A DNA stretch of 64,000 nt from Ruditapes philippinarum (Eukaryota): positions 1-64,000 of the forward strand of contig NW_026855281.1 in the NCBI RefSeq assembly GCF_026571515.1, in the 5' to 3' direction. The notes beneath the pieces were generated by a model. The model was not told the DNA's origin. It saw only the letters and a list, made by a program, of their open reading frames with translations, and ran no database searches. This document shows positions 40,601 to 52,640 of this stretch, piece by piece. Each line of letters begins with the position of its first letter. Within the stretch, counting starts at the first letter, position 1. Made by a program: the position numbers and the translations under genes.

Positions 40601-42871
40601 AAAGAACAACAGAAACTTTTTTAAAGAATTTTGAAGAAGGAAATTTTTAAAAGGTTCGCCCAAATTTTTCCCACAAAATTTTTATATTTTTTTTGGAAAT
40701 CCCGTTTTAGCTAGTTAAGAAAGCTTTGACTTGGGGTTGTCGGCTTTCTTTTTTTTTGGGCCCGACTTTTGAAAAATAGGAGAGTTTTTTTTCAAACTCC
40801 AAAACGCCCGTATCACATCACCTTTGTTTGGGCTTGGTTCCCCCCTAAACCAAAGTGAAAAATTAAATTAAAACTTTAAAAAACTTATTGGAGAGATTTT
40901 GGGGGTCACATTTAAGGCCCCTAATTTTGTAAGTTTTTTTTGAGAACTAAGTACAACATTTCATCCTTTTTTTTTATTTTAAAGGGGTTAAAAGGCTTTT
41001 TAAAATTCCAAATTAAAACGTAATTTTTGTTTTTAAAGCCAGCACATGTTTTCTTATTTTATTTTATTTTTAAAAAAAAATTAAAATAATGTTTGTTCTG
41101 AAAAAATCGGTTTTTTATCGCTTTTAATTTTTATAATAAAGCAAAAATTTTTCGTTTGTTTAAAAAAATCTTATCTCAAAACCCCAATTTTATTTTATTC
41201 CAATTCTAGAAATTTTTACATAATTTTCCTTTTTTCCATCAAAGCATTTAAAAATATTTTCCCAAAATGAGGTCAGTTTAAACTTAACAAACAATATAAA
41301 AAAAGGGAACATGCGAAATAAACTTTAAAATTATCGCTGTTTTACTCCACTTACAAAATCTTTCAAAATATCCGATATTGACTCTCAGCATTGCTGTTAT
41401 TAAATACGCCGCGCTTTAAATATTATTGAAGCCAGGCTGGTTCTCACCTATGTCGTAAGAATTTGAAAATGGAGAAAACGGCGATAATTTTTAATTTTTT
41501 GTTGCCTGTTGGGTTGTTTATATTGTCGTTGAAGTTTTAAAATTTTATCAAAGTTTTTAAAGTTATATGCTCAGTTACAGAAATACGATAAAGCAGGGAA
41601 GTTGTTTTGTTTGATGATATCATTTTCAAAAGTATAGCAGTAATTATCAAGCAAGCACTGCTTACATTTTATTTATGTTTTCAAAAACTCTGAAATAACC
41701 CATAGAAGTAAAAGCAGGCGAACTTCGGCCGAGTATCTTTCAAAGACACGTTTTGTTTATTTATCTATAAACCATAGCAGGGCTTAGTTTTGTCTCTTTG
41801 TTTGCCCCCCCCCCTTCCCCCGAATTTCCTAGAATCTCCCTTCCCCCTGTGCCCTTTTTGTTAAGTGGGCTTTATTAAACCAAATGATTTTTTTTATTTC
41901 TTTTTTTTTTTTTTTTTGATTTCCTTGTCGGTTATTAAGAATTTTTTTAATGCAGGGATTATAGGGGATAAGCCGTCCGGCTCTCCCCTTTTGCCCTGTC
42001 CCCCTTTTTTTTTTGGGGTTTCCCCTTTGGTCCTTGCCGCTGGGGTTTTTGTTGCCCGGGTGTGTTGGGGGGTTTCCTTTGAACGCCGGCCCCTTTCCCT
42101 TTTTGGGCTTGTTTTATCATATTTTAAATTTTAAAACATCAAGGGGATTTGGGAAAGGGGAGAATTTTCTCAGCCCTTTTGGGCCCCGGGGTAAAATCCC
42201 CATAACAGAAATTTAATTTTTGGGGCTGTGGAAACAAACCGGGTAAAATTTACAATGTAAAACCCTAAAATGGTTTTTTTTTCCATTTTTTTCTTCCAAA
42301 AGTAACGTCAAAAATCTTTCTAGAGGCACCGTTTTTTGTACTTTTAAAATTTAAAGGGATTGCTTTATAAGCATGAACTAACAGTATATCGTTTAACTCC
42401 GCATATTCTTTTTAATCCCTGAGTAGAAGTCAACATTCAATTCCATGAGAACCCTCCTATAGCTTTCCTATAAAGTTTCAATTTCGCTGTAAAATATTTT
42501 CTTAGGGGATTGGTTTTCTTTCTATTTTAAGTAGCTGCTTGTATTTTCTGAACTAAAATATTCTTCTTTTGACTGTAATTAAATAAAGATATAAATGGGT
42601 TGCAAAAAGAAACAACAACAACAAAAAAACAGTATGTAACATAAATACATGTTTATATAAAACCACACTTCAGCAAACATGTATAGTTTAAGCCAAAAGT
42701 TTCTCTTTGAAACAATAAATAGTAAATACAATCCACCATAACATGTATTATTGGAAAGCAAAAAAAAAACTTATTGAAACTCATTTGCAAGAAAATATCC
42801 CTGCAGTATTAAATAGTACTAGTGTCTCAGTTTTCAGTAACTATTTTGTGTCTGGAATCAACTTCTCAGTG

Positions 42872-43330
42872 ATTATTGTTCCCCGCCTTTTCGACAAATA
42901 AGAGTGATTTAGAAATGAGTTCCGTCTGTCTATATGACTTTGTGTGTCTGTCTTTTTGTTTGTCTGTCCGTCTGTGTCAACATCTTGACACCTACCTCAA
43001 AGGTCAAGGTCAGACTTATAAATCTGAGATCAATATCTGATATTTCGTGTTTGGTCCATACAATTTTCATCCATGAAGAAATGTTAAAAGATCTTGTCAA
43101 AAATGCTTACAGTATGAATGCAATATACATAGCAACACATTGATCCCTACCACCAAGGTCAAGGATTAACTTAGTGGTCCAATGTTAACGTGGGTTTGTA
43201 TTTTCCTTTTCCATATAATAACTCTAAAAGTACTGAGAGATAAACTTATAATATGCATAGGGGAAGGGGAGTGAACTACAAAAATAACACAACTCAACTT
43301 TAAATTATTCTCTAATTATCTCTCTTTATA
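42872..43330 (+). mobile_element. HINE-like 5' fragment
   Basis: ttattgttccccgcc start, (GTCT)n microsatellite, aaggtcaagg cores. Confidence 0.55.
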
Positions 43331-43666
43331 CACATATTATTCAGAGATTAGAACTGCTGGAATGTATTTCTATTGACACATTCAATCAATTTTAGCATGT
43401 GATCACCTGTCAGTTCTTGCATAGTTTTTCATATGGCAAATTTCCAGCTTTACTGATTGAGAAAAACCTCAGGTAATCTTCCGTACATTGTTCCAGGCAA
43501 AAACGGGCATCTGAGTAGTAGAATCACGGTCAGTATAACTGACATATTTTGTTCTTCGACTAACATGTTATGTTTATTAAAGTACATGCATGTGCATTGA
43601 TTAAGCTACTTAGTTAAGTCACACAACAAATCAGTAGCACAAACCAAAAGGTATAAAAGCTTAACT

Positions 43667-43678
43667 TATATATATATA

Positions 43679-43730
<52 letters not shown>
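43667..43730. repeat. (TA)n microsatellite
   Basis: Directly visible. Confidence 0.97.
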
Positions 43731-43733
<3 letters not shown>

Positions 43734-46302
43734 ATGTTATTTAGACAAGTTGAGAGGGCAAAGCNNNNNNNNNNNNNNNNNNNNNNNNNNNNNNNNNNNN
43801 NNNNNNNNNNNNNNNNNNNNNNNNNNNNNNNNNNNNNNNNNNNNNNNNNNNNNNNNNNNNNNNNNNNNNNNNNNNNNNNNNNNNNNNNNNNNNNNNNNNN
43901 NGAGAGGGCAAAGCAAACTGGAATGAACTTTACATAAGGGTAGATTCAATATTCAGCATCTGCAGCATCTGACTTTCCTCTAATATTTGTGTGTACTAAA
44001 GAGCCATAGGTGGGGGCAAGAAAAGTCATTGACAGGAGATATATATCCTCCTTATTCGTTTCGATAGTTACACAATTTAGCATCGGATTCGTTGGATATA
44101 TTTGTTCTGGTACATCCAAAATATGCCATGCGTATGCAGCAATAAAACGATTTAAAATGTAAATTATTAACGTAATCTGACTGCAGGAGAATGCTTAACA
44201 TTCAAGCAAATCGTTTTAAAACAAACCTGTCTACGCATTGTGTCGGGGGCTTTATTCTGTGAACATTGCCTTGCCTTGTTGATCTTTATTCTCATTTTTA
44301 TAAACGCCTGTAAATGCATTAACAATTGCCGTAATTTACAAAAAGCGTTATAATATGAATTAAATAGTCATAATCAAAAGCGTGAATGCGCGATTAAATG
44401 CGTCAACACTTGTTAACAAAATGCGTTATACTTTATGCAAAATAATGTTAAATTATATATATTTCTTTCAAAACATGTAAGACACACAAATACGCAGAAT
44501 TTACAAAAATAATGAATACAACAGGGCTTACACAGAATAAAAGGAAAATATTTTGAATATATAACATTAGGTCGGTCACTAATCACAAAACAATATCTTA
44601 TTGAATTCTAAGAGTACAATATATTTTTTGTATCATAGTAAAAAGACCTTTCAGGTGCAAAAGTGTCGGAGTTAAATCATATACATCACATATATAAGTA
44701 TTTCTAATAAAATTCGTTTATTATCCCTGTACCTTTTGCATAATTATTCTTCGCAGTTTCAACAAATCAGAAAATGTTATATTTTTGCTTGTTTAGATAT
44801 ATATACATATCTGGACTTCTAGGAAAGATATTGAAAACATCGAATTTGTAGAAAACTGTTGAATTATGTGATATCTAGACCAAATTACCGTTTTTAAATC
44901 GGCTAGTTCGTGTTTTAGATTTAACAAAACAGTATAATAATGAATAACCTAAATAGCAGTAAGATTCAAATCCAAATGTCCTATGACTTTTCTGTTTAAT
45001 TGTAATTTGTAGAGAAAAAAGACCTTTTAATATGCCTTTCACGCCTTCTTTGTGTCCTTCAAAATTTGTAAACAATGATCAAAAAAGACGGTTGGCATTA
45101 AATGAAGGCATCTCCCAACAAAACCAACCGACACAGGACCACTCGCAAGAATCCGAGCAGGACACCTATGACTTAGCACAATCATGTCATTGAAATAGTT
45201 CATTGAACGCCGCCTTTCCTTGTTGATCTTGTTTTTCATAAATGATATTCATTGAAAGAAAAGGAATTACTACAAATGTAGTAGTTCTTTGAAATTCAAA
45301 AATTAATTAGTCATTTTTTAATTCAAATGCCGTCAGCGAGTTCTTATAGACTAACATTGACAACTTTTTTTTTTATTTAACTTGCCATAAGATTTAGTTT
45401 TTAATGGATTTATATAATAATCCGATAAAAGAAGCGTATGCTTTCAACAGAAATTCTTTATGTTTCATGCGAAAGCAATGAATATTGTTATGTTTATCAT
45501 AAAAAGTCAAAAAAAAAAATATATGCAGAAAACTTTTACATCGACATTTAATTTGAAACTTAATTGAAATTTTGGTTGTGTTCATTACTGTACACCATAC
45601 GAAAATTATTTGTCTACACGCGGGTTTTAGTGACGTAACACAACAAGTAACATGGCGACCTTTCGTTTAAAATCCTTAAGAATTTTGTGTTTTACATGGA
45701 TGGGATCTATTTTGACGGTATTTATGTTGTTTTGTCATTTATTTTAACAACTTTTATAGTTTGAAGTATAAATATTAACGTAACTAATTAATTTAGACTT
45801 TATATTCATCTGTTACGCGGAATCAAATCAAGCATATAAAGGAAATGCATTCAGTCAAAAGCATCTCACATGCAAAGTAAATCGGCATCTTAGATAAAAT
45901 ATAATACTTATAGTACTTATAAAGAATAATGGTGTGTAGATACGTTATTTATATCGTAAAATATTCGTAATATAGGTATGTTCAATTTTTTTTTCAACGG
46001 AAACGCAAATAGGTCATAAATCAGCTCGTGCAATATCTACAAAAATGTAAAATATTGACTTTATCAAATGTTTATTAAATGTTTTGTTTATTTCAGGAAG
46101 AAAATTTGCATTGTATGTAAATATATACTAAAATGATCAAAGTCAAGTACTTTAGTTATTTTCAAGTAACTTGTTCCATGAAAATTTTCTTCATATTAGC
46201 AAGTCGTTTTTTTATGAAACACCTTAATAGCAATTTTATTTCACAAGTCAAGTTTTCAACTTCAGTGTTTAATTTGATGATGTTAGTTTAGTTACCAGTT
46301 AA

Positions 46303-46810
46303 AGGGATACATAGGCAAAATAATGACAAAAATATCAAAATTATCTTATGTACTCAAAATCAAGTTAAAATGGCATTTGTGAAAGTCCCAGCATGCATTT
46401 TAGTATAAATTCTATATATTTTGGGTTTGAAGCGTAAATAAATCTATATATATTGAACAAAATTTAGACACCGACAAATTACCGAGTATGTTTAAAACTA
46501 GTCATTTGACTTGAACAAACCTTGGAAGTTACATTAACACATATTGTGGATATTGTATGATTGAAACAAACCTAAATCATTCATTTAATATATTCTTTAA
46601 CGTTTCCATAGTTTACGGTGACACATATGGTGAAATTTTAATGCTCTAACCTGACCCGCGTGGGTCAAGTTAGGAATCTGCCATTTTATTCTTTATAAGG
46701 AGAAAAGTTTTGTTCCGGTGACTGCCTATTGTATTTATTTTATGGACATTTACAGAAAAATAAATAGAAAGTTTGAAACGAAGAAAAGCAAATTTTGCCT
46801 GTGTCTCCCT
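46303..46810. mobile_element. Kolobok-type MITE (508 bp)
   Basis: 18-bp TIRs AGGGATACATAGGCAAAA and TTTTGCCTGTGTCTCCCT (2 mismatches), flanked on both sides by TTAA; RR...YY termini. Confidence 0.75.
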
Positions 46811-47719
46811 TTAATATAAAGTTCTCATCTGAAAAGAATCTGATTACAGAAGCGCATTATTTCAGTCTTGCTATTATTTCAATCAATTTTTGAATAAACA
46901 TAGGATAAAATAATTCTGAAAAGGAATAATTTTATTTAATTGTTTTATATTAAAGGTGATAATTTGCATCTGGTGTGTGCATACAGATTGAAATAGAAAA
47001 ATTAGAGATGTCTTCCAAGTGAATGAAGGTATGTTTAATATTGCTTTACTTTTGTCTTGCGTTCATTGAACGCCGCCTTTCCTTGTTGATCTTGTTTATC
47101 ATATTTTTTGCATCATAACATCTGCTTTTATTTCCTGAAATGAATATAATTACGAGGTCTGATGTGATGTGAGATTTTTATTAACTAGATTAATTTATAC
47201 ATGTTAAAACACACATTTCATGATAAAATTAAGATTTTATTATAATTTCATGTTTTGCAGTTTAGCCTCTATATCTCTGAATCTTTGAGGGACAAGAAGT
47301 AAAAAACGTAAGGATACATTTTGCCTATTTTTTACTAACATTGTAGCTCATAATAGTACAAAGCACATATGTATGTTATAAATACCGATTTAAAACATAA
47401 TGAAATCCGCCTTTAAACATGTGGATACAAATATATAATATAAACTATCTGTTCAAAGGTTTTTACAAACATATTTCAGGTTATATTTTTTGATTGACCA
47501 GATTAAAGCAAAACAAAACATAAATTGTAGGCACACGCAATTTTGCTACATGTATTATAAGTTGAAAGATTATTCTTATTATATCAATTCCTGTTCGGTT
47601 GTAGATAGAGAAATGTTCCATTTGTCAAGAGTATGTTAATGATGGTTAACCAGTTGTTCTACTAGGGTGCAGTGGCATACAAAATATTAATGACAGCACT
47701 TCAGTGTAGTTGTTGTAAA

Positions 47720-50445
47720 GCCAGGAGACAAGGCGTATGTCTAGTGTAGAAGAGACTACGAGCACACGTCGCAGAAATAAAGAAGTTATCACTAAAGCTT
47801 TGAATGTAGATCCACTTAGAAAATAAAGATCATATAACAACACATTTGATTTTAAAAACCAGATGTGTATTGTGTGCTTCACCTGCAACATTTTTTTCAT
47901 CAAGGAAAAGATCACATGAAGTTTAGATTTTCAAAATAAAATATTGGAAAACTGTCTTGAGCAGGTGTCAAGTGCCGTGTGGCAGCCGTAAAAAGTTGCC
48001 CCGTACTTCACTTCAGTGTTGTTATATTTTCTGGTCCTTCGGGATCATTGATGCCAACACTATAAAGTGTTGAGAATTGAGTACCGCTCAAGCCGGTGCT
48101 AGGGGGCGTGAGGGATGTTGCACTTTTTCATTATCCCTCATGTACAGACTCAATCAAACCGAGTCTGCAATTCTTATGTTATTTTGTTGTGATTAATGCT
48201 TCCGAGGGATCACTTTGTTTCCAGAGTTTTTGTACTTCACAACAGCAGGTGTCAAGTGCCGTGTGGCAGCCGTAAAAAGTTGCCCCGTACTTCACTTCAG
48301 TGTTGTTATATTTTCTGGTCCTTCGGGATCATTGATGCCAACACTATAAAGTGTTGAGAATTGAGTACCGCTCAAGCCGGTGCTAGGGGGCGTGAGGGAT
48401 GTTGCACTTTTTCATTATCCCTCATGTACAGACTCAATCAAACCGAGTCTGCAATTCTTATGTTATTTTGTTGTGATTAATGCTTCCGAGGGATCACTTT
48501 GTTTCCAGAGTTTTGTACTTCACAACAGCAGGTGTCAAGTGCCGTGTGGCAGCCGTAAAAAGTTGCCCCGTACTTTCACTTCAGTGTTGTTATATTTTTC
48601 TGGTCCTTCGGATCATTGATGCCAACACTATAAAGTGTTGAGAATTGAGTACCGCTCAAGCCGGTGCTAGGGGGCGTGAGGGATGTTGCACTTTTTCATT
48701 ATCCCTCATGTACAGACTCAATCAAACCGAGTCTGCAATTCTTATGTTATTTTGTTGTGATTAATGCTTCCGAGGGATCACTTTGTTTCCAGAGTTTTGA
48801 GAGAAATTATGAATGGGCAAATGAAGTGCAATTAAGATTGAGCCACGTAATAGATTTACCAGTAGCTGACGCGATATACCATCAGGCATAAATTGTTAAT
48901 TTCCTGACTGAAAAAAGTATCCCTATGGCATTTAATCTAGTAGGACAGTCTCTGATAGCAACGGAGATTAAATCCCCTGGAAGGCCAGTTATTAATAAGC
49001 AGTAAGACGCTTTTAACAAAGTTATAGATATGATTGAAAGTTGTGAAAATGCAAGCTTAATTGTCACAGACTTAGTGAACAAAATGACAGATATATGTGA
49101 GAGACGTCTTATTCAATCAAACATATGAAGGAGAAAATAATGGATAACTTTGGAGAAGCGGTTATTGTCAGTAACATTGGAGGAAGGAATGATATTGTGA
49201 CACTAAAAATAGTGTTCTTCTGTTGTTCAAAACTTTTATAAATAAATAAGAGAATTATCTGATAATGAAAAGAAACAACAAATCATTAATGCTGCTGCTA
49301 ACATTATTTTAACTGATATCAATAACTTAGTTGATCAAAAGAAAGTTATCCTTTATTCAGTGACATTTCATCACAAGAAAGAAACCTTAAATACTTACCA
49401 TACTGTGTATAATACAATCATGTCGACCAAAATATTTATCTGCTCAATTACAAGTTGGATTTGGTGTTTAATTGCACCACCATTTTGGATCAAGGTTCTT
49501 GGAAGATACATTAAATAGCCTTGGGATTTGTTGCTCCTACTATGAAGTCCAGACGTATGAAGAAAACGCTGCCGCTGTTTTATCAACAAAAATACCATGC
49601 CAAGATACAGGTTCGCCTTTTTGCATTTTATTGCTGACAATGTAGAACACAACTTAAGGAACAACAAGGAACACAACAAGGAAAGGCGGCGTTCATTGAA
49701 CGCCGCCTTTCCTTGTTGATCTTGTTTTTCATATTTAAGAACTCAGGATGGACAAAATACGTTACATGGAATGGGAATCATAGCCACTTCTTATCCAGGC
49801 TCTGCAATGACTGTACGTGTCCCTAGAATATACGTGTCAATGAATGATATATCAACACTTGAAAGAGTTGACACAAAGTATTTCGTGCAATCTGAGTCAC
49901 ATGAAGAGACCTTGCGGTTTTTTGCACTACCTGATATTCAAATGAAAAAAATGGTGAGCCATTGGACATGCTTTGCAAGCTTGTTTGGCCGTTTAGGCAA
50001 ACAAGACAAAAACTAGTCAAGGTTTTTGCAGACATTTGAAAAGCCTAGTGCATTATATCCGAAGAAGTCAACAATAACTTTTATGTCTATGATAGATCTA
50101 CGTCCAAGCGATGCTACATGTATCTATTTAACATTTCATTTCGTCTGTGAACAATCTCAAAAATACAGAAAATACACCAGTGTTAACATTTGAACAGCAA
50201 CTTTATCAAAAAGCACTTGATATCATCTTCTGACAAGGACCGTTAAAGAAAATAGTTTTGCGCTTAGGGGCGTTCCATACAGAAATGAGTTTTCTGGGCT
50301 GTATAGGATATATTATGACCGGATCTGACCTACAGGACGTGCTCGAGACAATATATGCACTAAATGCTGTTACACACATACTGTCTAGTAAAACTGTACA
50401 TCGTGCCATCAGAAGTCACATGCTAGTAGATAATGCATTAAAGAA
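47720..50445 (+). mobile_element. Degenerate Academ-like DNA transposon transposase
   Basis: Across stops and frameshifts: CLERNYEWANEVQLRLSHVIDLPVADAIYH, GRP, ADNVEHNLRTQDGQNTLHGMG, PVLTFEQQLYQKA, LRLGAFHTEMSFLGCIGYIMTGSDLQDVLETIYALNAVTHILSSKTVHRAIRSH. Superfamily assignment is from motif recall. Confidence 0.65.
47960..48798. repeat. Tandem array of ~3 near-identical 283-284 bp units inserted in the transposase relic
   Basis: agcaggtgtcaagtgccgtgtggcagcc at 47960, 48244 and 48527; units differ only by single-base indels. Diverged relatives at 33058-33181, ~35265-35325 (minus), 50830-51430 and 52015-52640. Confidence 0.95.
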
Positions 50446-50830
50446 GATACTTACCGTAGACGAGAAACAACAAGGGGCACAAGAAAAAGTATCACCAAAA
50501 CAGTTTGAAACACCATAGACATACATCTGAGGAACACGGAGGGGCACCGCCTTGGAACGGTCAGCAGCACAAGTACTGCTGGGGAATTTAAACCGGTTAA
50601 TGGTGCACCAGACCTCACTCTTAGCCCCACCATGTTCCTATAAACGAGACAGTTTAAATAAAATGAATCCTCGCCACGTGAAATTCTAACAGTTGTCATG
50701 GTTACAAAAGGTGAAATAAGTAAAACACCAAAATGATCATGTAGAAACATATAAAATTAAACCCAATGAGCATAACAAAAGTACTCGATGTCCTAAAGGA
50801 AGACAAAAAAAATCACATACAAGGGCCCGA
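50445..50830 (-). mobile_element. Probable Penelope-like element 3'/pLTR fragment
   Basis: Minus strand reads gagtgaggtctggtgcaccattaaccggtttaaa...ctgaccgttccaaggcggtgcccc, a common mollusc repeat end that I associate with Penelope-like elements. Inverted homolog at 51640-51750. Confidence 0.45.
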
Positions 50831-51639
50831 GCCTGCAAAACCGAGCCTGCAACATTTTCAATTTTGTCTATTTGCGTTCATTGAACGCCGCACTTCCTTG
50901 TTGATCTTGTTTATCATATTTTTGGGGGCTTTCTTAAGTCTTTATTTCACTATATTTTATCTCCACATCAGCGTTGTTTGTGCCGTGTGGAGGCTGTAAA
51001 ACCTCGCCCCGTACATTCAGTCAGGGATGTTATATTTCCGATCCTTAAATCGTTTAGCACGACATTATTGTTGTGCTTGTAGTATTTAAGTATTTTCTAT
51101 TCGGCATCTGCGGATGTTTAAATATTCTAAATGTTACCAGTTCATGTAGAATGTTGAATCCTGCTTAAGCCGGTGCTAGGGAGGTAAACGGTAAAATAGA
51201 GAAAAACAGAATCCCTTAAGAAAGTCCAACACGCCAAAATTGAAAATTTTGCAAGCTCGGTTTGATTGAGCCTGTTCATGGTAAAATATGGTTAACAAGA
51301 TCAACAAGGAAAGGGGGCGTTCAATGAACGTTCAATGGTAACTCGCACTTTCCATTACCAACCATGAACAGGCTCAATGAAACCGAGCCTGCAACATTTT
51401 CAATTTTGTCTTGTTTGGCTTTCTTTAGGGATTCTTTATTTAAATCTATTTGATTTAGCATGTTCATTATGACACGCAAGTGCCATTCCATGAAAAGCAG
51501 CGTATGGTCCCCAAGTAAAAGGAATGTGTGTGCCCTAAACGAGAAAACAATGAGCGAAATTAAATAAGAAGGTGGTCCAAAGATCAAGAAACGCAAAATA
51601 AATGACAAATTGAAAACAGACTCAACACACAGCGGCACA

Positions 51640-52010
51640 GCGGCGCCCCACTGTGTTCCTCAGATGTATGTCTTATGTTGTTTCATACTGTTTTGGTGAC
51701 ACTTTTGCTTGTGTCCCTTGTTGTTTTCTCGTCTACGGTAAGTATCTTCCCCATTGCCTCTAGTTTTTATTTCTTTGATTACCCCCCCCCCCCTCCCCCC
51801 CGGTCTCCTGTCCCCTTCCCCTTTGTGGGCCTAATCAGTTACAAAATTAATTATCATTTAATGATTAATCTGTCCGTGCTCTGTCTTTGCCCTGTCCTGT
51901 TTTTGTTTGGGGTCCCCCTGGGCTCCTTGCCATTGGTTTTTGTTGCTGGGTCATATGGGGGTTGCGTTCATTGAACGCCGCCTTTCCTTGTTGATCTTGT
52001 TTATCATATT
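51640..52010 (+). mobile_element. Probable Penelope-like element 3'/pLTR fragment ending in the recurrent terminal motif
   Basis: Ends ...gggggttgcgttcattgaacgccgcctttccttgttgatcttgtttatcatatt. The same terminus occurs at about ten other sites in the window. Confidence 0.5.
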
Positions 52011-52014
52011 CAAT

Positions 52015-52640
52015 CCAGCTAGGTTTGCAATTTTCAATTAATTTTGTTGTGAATTATGCTTCGATGGATCACTTTGTTTGAAGATTTCTATACTTCTCAA
52101 CAGCAGGTGTCAAGTGCTGAGTGGCAGCGGTAAAACGTTGCCCCGTACTTCACTCCAGTGTTGTTATATCTTTCTGCTCCTTCGGGATCATTGATGCCAG
52201 CACGATTTAGTGTTGAGAATTATGTACCGCTCAATCCGGTGCCAGGGTGCGTGATGGATGGTGCACTTATTTATTATACCTCATGTACAGATTCAATTAT
52301 TTATTATACCTCATGTACAGATTCAATCAAACCGAGTCTGCAATTTTCATGTTATTTTGTGGTGATTAATGCTTCCGAGGGATCACATTGTTTCCCGATT
52401 TTATTACTTCACAACAGCAGGTGTAAAGTGATGTTTGGCAGCTGTAACAAGATACCGCGTACTTCAATTCATTGTTGTTATTTTATGGTCATTCGGGATC
52501 ATTGTTGCCGCTCAAGCCGGTGCTAGGGGTCATGAGGAATGTTGACTTTATTCATGACCAATCATGTACATTCTCAATCAAACAGAGTCTGCAATGTTCA
52601 TGTAATTGTGTTTTGATTAATGCTTCTGAGGGATCACTGC
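52015..52640. repeat. Diverged tandem copies (~2) of the 284-bp repeat family
   Basis: cagcaggtgt(c)aagtg at ~52101 and ~52415; ccggtgc.aggg; caatcaaac.gagtctgcaat; contains a ~29-bp internal duplication at 52268-52326. Confidence 0.85.

Noticed and set aside
38464-42216. Short F/K/G/P-rich ORFs
   Set aside because: Products of homopolymer-rich, probably erroneous sequence.
47960-48243. Canonical hammerhead ribozyme in the 284-bp unit
   Set aside because: No CUGANGA...GAAA core found by eye on either strand; the nearest is minus-strand CUGAAGUGA.
47960-48798. CRISPR array, or repeated protein-coding ORFs (48380, 48664)
   Set aside because: Units are identical along their whole length with no unique spacers and no cas genes, in a eukaryotic context. 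The ORFs are by-products of the repeat and are broken by indels.
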